A stretch of DNA of 64,000 bases from the IMG/VR virus record IMGVR_UViG_3300037312_000412, positions 4,466 through 68,465 of that record. One strand, 5' to 3'. This DNA comes from a virus (taxonomy: Duplodnaviria; Caudoviricetes). Numbering within the stretch: position 1 is the first letter of the stretch; each line of letters starts with the position of its first letter. Of the stretch, positions 59,701 through 64,000 are shown piece by piece. The notes beneath the pieces are model-generated. The model ran no database searches. It was not told the DNA's origin and saw only the letters and a list, made by a program, of their open reading frames with translations. Position numbers and translations under genes: made by a program.

Positions 59701-60409
59701 GCGAAACGCTGTTTATCAACCTGACGACACGGGACCACGAGCGCCGCACTATAAACGCAGCCCAGTTCAGGCTATCCAGCGATTTGCTGTGCCAGCTTCT
59801 ACTGCTTCCCGAGGGATCGGAGATTACCGGAATACAGATGCACCCATACGAGCCTTTCACGATTCAGATCACGGCATCGCATCCGGATTTGCCAGCAGTG
59901 GCAGAAGGCGACCGATTCCCCGAGATCAGCCCGTCGTACCGGCAGACCCTGAAGGACGGAGAGCATTACGTCCCTGAGTTCGTCCAGTGGGACAGCAACA
60001 TCCCCAAGCGAGGTGGTGAATGAAGGAACTGTTCGGAATACCCATCGTGGAGAGCAGCGACTTTCCCAAGCTGAATGACGGCGACATTGAGCTGGGGTCA
60101 TTACCGCAGCCCATTCGCCTCACGGACATCTACGGCGAATGGTACGTACTGCGACCCGAAGACCCCATCCTGTTTGTGCTGCAGCTATCAGAGCCTGCCA
60201 GTGTAGAGAGCAAGCGTATTGTGATTACCGCATTCCAGCGGGAAGAACCAAACGTGCCGCTGCTCATCACTGATCCACGAGGCAGCATCATGTGCAGCCA
60301 CGACATGACCGGGTTAGGGTTGGTGCGGCCTGCGAATAGTTCGGAAAGTTAACGATGGTCAGCAAACGACCAGAGCAAAATGCAACATCGTTCGGACACG
60401 AACCATTGG

Positions 60410-60500
60410 GGTGGGGGTAACCTCAATTCTCAACAAGTTTTACGCCAAAACCGCAACGCCGTCGAACGCGGATTTTGGCAGTTGAAGACCTTTTTTGGGC
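60410..60500. other. Candidate cos/packaging region
   Basis: Non-coding gap before terS with GGGGTGGGGG and the inverted repeat CCAAAA-CCGC...GCGG-ATTTTGG; position is typical of HK97-like phages. Confidence 0.4.
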
Positions 60501-60514
60501 AAGTTGGGTGACGT

Positions 60515-60943
60515 ATGGTGATGCCTCGCAAAACCGCAGCAGAGCTAAAGCTGCATGGGACTTACCGCGACGACCGGCACGGTGAACGGAACGAACCGGA
60601 GATGCCCGGAATCCCCGAGAAGCCGGACAACCTGGCTGAACACGCCTCGTGGTTCTGGGATCGCACGGTGCCGGGGCTCGTGGCGAATGGCGTGGTGAAG
60701 GAAGCCGACAGCGCCGCACTCCTTGCTGCCTGCCGGCTGTGGCACCTGTTCGTCGTGGCGATGGGTGAAGCCGAACTCGACCCGCTCGACAAGAACGCTG
60801 CCTGCCGGGCGGCGCAGTATCACTCCGCGTGGGACCGGGCGGCGTCGAAGCTGGGGCTTACTCCAGTGGATCGGCGGCGGGTCGCTGCCGAGAAGCCCCA
60901 GAGAAATGATGACGACGGAATTCCGACCCGTAACCGCGCATGA
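60515..60943 (+). CDS. terS: Terminase small subunit (P27 family)
   Basis: PRKT.AELKLHGT.R.DRH, P..L...A..FW, KLGLTP.DR. Confidence 0.92.
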   Translation: MVMPRKTAAELKLHGTYRDDRHGERNEPEMPGIPEKPDNLAEHASWFWDRTVPGLVANGVVKEADSAALLAACRLWHLFVVAMGEAELDPLDKNAACRAAQYHSAWDRAASKLGLTPVDRRRVAAEKPQRNDDDGIPTRNRA

Positions 60944-62631
60944 TTACCGCAACCATCGACTCCCTCACTCGCGAATGGATCCGCAACGCCTCCGACGAGA
61001 AGGCGGCGCTCAACGGCTGCCGATTCGACGGCGAGCGCGGGCAGTTCGTCGTGGACTGGATTCAGAAGTGTTGCGTGCTCTACGAAGGGGAACGTGCCGG
61101 CCAGCCGATGATTCTGGACGACTGGCAGTACGAAGTCACCATGCGGCTGTTCGGTTGGGTCCGATGGTCGTCCGACTGGAATCGCGAAGTCCGCCGGTTC
61201 CGTCGCGCAAGCATTTGGATCCCCAAAAAGAACGGCAAGAGCCCGACCTTAGCAGCGTGGGGACTGTATCTGTTCTGCGGGGATGGCGAGCAGGGGCAAA
61301 AGGTCTACTCGACCGCGAAGGACGGGCGGCAGGCGATGATTTCGCATACGCACGCCCTGGAAATGGTGCGCCGGTCTCCACGGCTTGAGCGGCAATGCTC
61401 CATCAACAAGAGCACCAATCAGATCACCCACGAGCCCACCCGCAGCTTCTACCGCATCGTCGCAGGCGACAACATCAACTCTCAGGAAGGTCTCAATGGG
61501 TCCGTCATGGTGGACGAGACCCACGTTGTTGATCGTCGGTTGATGAAGGTGCTTCGCGGTGCTGGCATCTCTCGGTCAGAGCCGCTGCAGATCGAGGTGT
61601 CTACCGCCGGCAACAACCCGGACGGCTACGGAAAGTCTCAGTTCGACTATGGGACTAAAGTGGCCGAAGGCACATTGGACGACCAAGAGTTCTTCTTTCA
61701 GAGCTATGCCGCGCCGCAGGACATTGGCGATGCGGAGCTGGACGAGCGAATCGTGGAGATCGGCAAAGCCGCGAACCCGACATGGGGGCGCATCGTCCGT
61801 GAAGGGGAATTCCTGGCGGAATACAACCGCTCCAAGGTCAGCATCTCCGACCTCGCTGACTTCAAAATGTACCGCCTCAATATCTGGCAGAGCGCGGCGA
61901 ACCCGTGGCTCCGTTCCGGTGACTGGGCATCCTGCAAGCAGCAGTTCGCCGATGAGCAACTTGCTGGCATGGAGTGCTACGCGGGGCTCGACCTCTCGAA
62001 GACTCGGGACATGAGCGCATTGGTGCTCGCGTTCCCGGAAGGCGATGAAGTCGTGAAGTTGCTGCCGTATTTCTTCCTGCCCGAAGAGACTGCCCGCAAA
62101 TACAACCATCTCGCCCCGTTCCTGCAGTGGGAAGCGGATGGGTTCCTGACGCTCACTCCTGGCGACGTGATTGACTACGGATTCATCAAAGCGCGGTTCC
62201 GGAAGCTCGCCAAGCAGTTCCAGATTCTGAAAATGGGGTACGACAAGACCTACGCGGAGGAACTGACGCAGACTCTGGAGCAAGGACAAACGAACGACAA
62301 CGGCGACATCATCGAGGAAGGGACTGGCGTGGAGCGGATGGAACTGGGGCAGTCCATCATGCAGTTCGCCAACCCGACCGAGGAATTCGAGCGGCTGGTT
62401 ATCTCGGGGAAGTTGCACCACAACGGCAATCCGATTCTGACATGGCAGGCGGGACACGCCCAGTGCAGGCGGGACGCGAACGGCAACAAAAAGCCGGTCA
62501 AACCGACGCCTGACGACATCAAGAAAGTGGACGGGATCATTGCGGGTATCATGGCTGTGCACGTAGCGCAGCGAAGTGTAGGCGGGTATTACCAGTCGAT
62601 GTACGACGAGCCGGGAGCGCTCTACGGATGA
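60940..62631 (+). CDS. terL: Terminase large subunit
   Basis: IPKKNGKS, MVDETH, STAG, GLDLSKT.D.SA, KVDG.IA. Confidence 0.97.
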   Translation: MITATIDSLTREWIRNASDEKAALNGCRFDGERGQFVVDWIQKCCVLYEGERAGQPMILDDWQYEVTMRLFGWVRWSSDWNREVRRFRRASIWIPKKNGKSPTLAAWGLYLFCGDGEQGQKVYSTAKDGRQAMISHTHALEMVRRSPRLERQCSINKSTNQITHEPTRSFYRIVAGDNINSQEGLNGSVMVDETHVVDRRLMKVLRGAGISRSEPLQIEVSTAGNNPDGYGKSQFDYGTKVAEGTLDDQEFFFQSYAAPQDIGDAELDERIVEIGKAANPTWGRIVREGEFLAEYNRSKVSISDLADFKMYRLNIWQSAANPWLRSGDWASCKQQFADEQLAGMECYAGLDLSKTRDMSALVLAFPEGDEVVKLLPYFFLPEETARKYNHLAPFLQWEADGFLTLTPGDVIDYGFIKARFRKLAKQFQILKMGYDKTYAEELTQTLEQGQTNDNGDIIEEGTGVERMELGQSIMQFANPTEEFERLVISGKLHHNGNPILTWQAGHAQCRRDANGNKKPVKPTPDDIKKVDGIIAGIMAVHVAQRSVGGYYQSMYDEPGALYG

Positions 62632-62816
62632 AACGGTGCATGGAAGTGCTTTTCGGGCGGGACGCAGTTCACACCTACGCGATGCTGGCGGGGCTGGGAC
62701 TGCTCTGTTATGGGCTGTGGGAAATCTACCAACCGCTTTCGTTCATTACTTCCGGGGCACTGATCGTCACCGGCGTTGTGTATGCAAGGACTCGCACCTA
62801 TGCCCAGCCTGATTAA
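62628..62816 (+). CDS. Small two-TM protein between terL and portal
   Basis: Hydrophobic; position common in HK97-like head modules. Confidence 0.7.
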   Translation: MKRCMEVLFGRDAVHTYAMLAGLGLLCYGLWEIYQPLSFITSGALIVTGVVYARTRTYAQPD

Positions 62817-64000
62817 TCATTTCCTGCCAGAACGCAACCTGGGAACTCCAGGGCCGCTGGATCCGTTCTGGTATGGTCCGTTCTACAAGCCGCCCGCCTC
62901 GCGCGTGCGCGTGACGGAGGATACGTCCCTCACGTATGCCGCCGTCTGGGCGTGTACGAAGCTGCTCGCCGGCACGGAGGCGTGGTTGCCGCTGAACCTC
63001 TACCGGCACATGCCGGATGGTGGTCACAAGCTGAATCGCCAGCACATCGCCTACAAGCTGACGCAGATCTCGCCCAATCCTCGCATGTCGGCGTTGATGT
63101 TTCGCTCGCAGGCGAGCATGCAGCAGATCAACTGGGGTGGCGGGTTCGCGGAGATCGAGCGGGCGAATAACAACAAGCCGCTGAACCTGTGGCCGATCCA
63201 TGCGTCCCGCGTGAAACGGATGCGCGACGAAGAGACTGATGGCATTGTCTGGGAGATCCGCAACAACGAGGGACCACCAACCCACATCCCTGATGAGGAC
63301 ATGCTGCACATTCCCAGCATCATGTCGCACAACGGCGTGGACGGGCTCGGGATCATCAAGTTTGCCCGCGAGTCCATCGGCATGGGCATCGCGACCGAGC
63401 GGTATGGGGCTGCCCACTTCGGGAACTCAGCCATCCCGACCGGCATCATCAAACACCCGCAGAAGCTGAGCCCGGTTGCACGGACGAACCTGCGGCAAGA
63501 GTGGAACATCATCCACCAGCAGAGCGAGAACGCTGGCAACATCGGGATCCTTGGGGAAGGTGCCGACTTCACGAAACTGTCGTTCTCCGCAGAGGACAAT
63601 CAGTACCTGCAGACCCGCCAGCACAACACAGAGGAGATTTGCCGCTGGTACGGTGTGCCGCCGCACATGGTTCAGCACCTGTTGCGCTCGACCTACAACA
63701 ACATCGAGCACCAGGGCATTGAGTTTGTGATTTACAGCCTCATGCCGTGGCTGGCGGTGTGGGAACACGAGCTGACGCGGAAGCTGCTCACCGAAAACGA
63801 GCGCGAGAACTACTATTTCCGCCACAATACCAACGCCCTCATGCGTGGGGACGCGAAGACGCGGGCGGAATACTGGCGTACGCTGATTCAAATCGGCGTT
63901 ATCAAGCCTAACGAAGCTCGCGTGGAAGAGGGCTTCAACCCCTACGAGGGGGGCGATGAGGCGTTCATGCAGGGGGCGATGGTGCCTGTAAAGCAGCTTT
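62800..64000 (+). CDS. HK97-family portal protein (3' end truncated by the window)
   Basis: My translation from ATG 62800: AVWAC..LA..LPL.LY, SPNP.M, HIP...GLGII..ARE.IG, EICRWYGVPPHM, SLMPWL..WE.EL, NE.R..EG.NP..GGD; no stop within the window. Confidence 0.95.
   Translation, partial: MPSLINHFLPERNLGTPGPLDPFWYGPFYKPPASRVRVTEDTSLTYAAVWACTKLLAGTEAWLPLNLYRHMPDGGHKLNRQHIAYKLTQISPNPRMSALMFRSQASMQQINWGGGFAEIERANNNKPLNLWPIHASRVKRMRDEETDGIVWEIRNNEGPPTHIPDEDMLHIPSIMSHNGVDGLGIIKFARESIGMGIATERYGAAHFGNSAIPTGIIKHPQKLSPVARTNLRQEWNIIHQQSENAGNIGILGEGADFTKLSFSAEDNQYLQTRQHNTEEICRWYGVPPHMVQHLLRSTYNNIEHQGIEFVIYSLMPWLAVWEHELTRKLLTENERENYYFRHNTNALMRGDAKTRAEYWRTLIQIGVIKPNEARVEEGFNPYEGGDEAFMQGAMVPVKQL

Noticed and set aside
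1-64000. CRISPR array, rRNA or canonical tRNA genes
   Set aside because: No regular repeat-spacer pattern or rRNA. The only cloverleaf (22429-22503) is non-canonical, and the 16S match at 45706 is only a 14-nt complement.
1-64000. Stop-codon reassignment
   Set aside because: Genes tile fully under code 11 and use TAA, TAG and TGA as real stops with coupled downstream starts.

Overview
The whole window is a temperate siphovirus genome with an HK97-like head and a long non-contractile tail, and it is circularly permuted. It opens in the head-completion/tail module (1-14080), followed by an accessory island and a large serine integrase (14082-20248). Early, recombination, replication and methylase genes follow (20.2-45.5 kb), then a late operon with a membrane/lysis cluster, accessory genes, HNH, terminase and a portal gene cut by the window edge (45.8-64 kb). 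The capsid protease and major capsid gene are not in the window, so the genome is probably a few kb longer. No host chromosomal flank was recognised. The host is inferred to be a planctomycete, from a Planctomycetota-style prepilin, a RimI-like acetyltransferase, two CsrA homologues and about 60% GC. The most striking element is a translationally coupled block inside the tail operon: a tail protein with 55 consecutive serines, a SAM methyltransferase, and a 968-aa fusion of GT-B glycosyltransferase + CX5R phosphatase-like domain + two Fringe/GT31-like glycosyltransferase domains. This is a candidate virion O-glycosylation system. Other notable items: a complete phage-borne type IV pilin/pseudopilin; a cytosine methylase split across two fully overlapping reading frames; a tRNA-like cloverleaf with an 11-nt anticodon loop; a lysis cluster with a papain-like protease and an exported thioredoxin but no recognisable muramidase or amidase; a divergent paralogue pair where CI/Cro would normally sit; and a cassette array separated by remnants of one gene's 3' end. 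Family assignments come from motif recognition by eye, not database searches.
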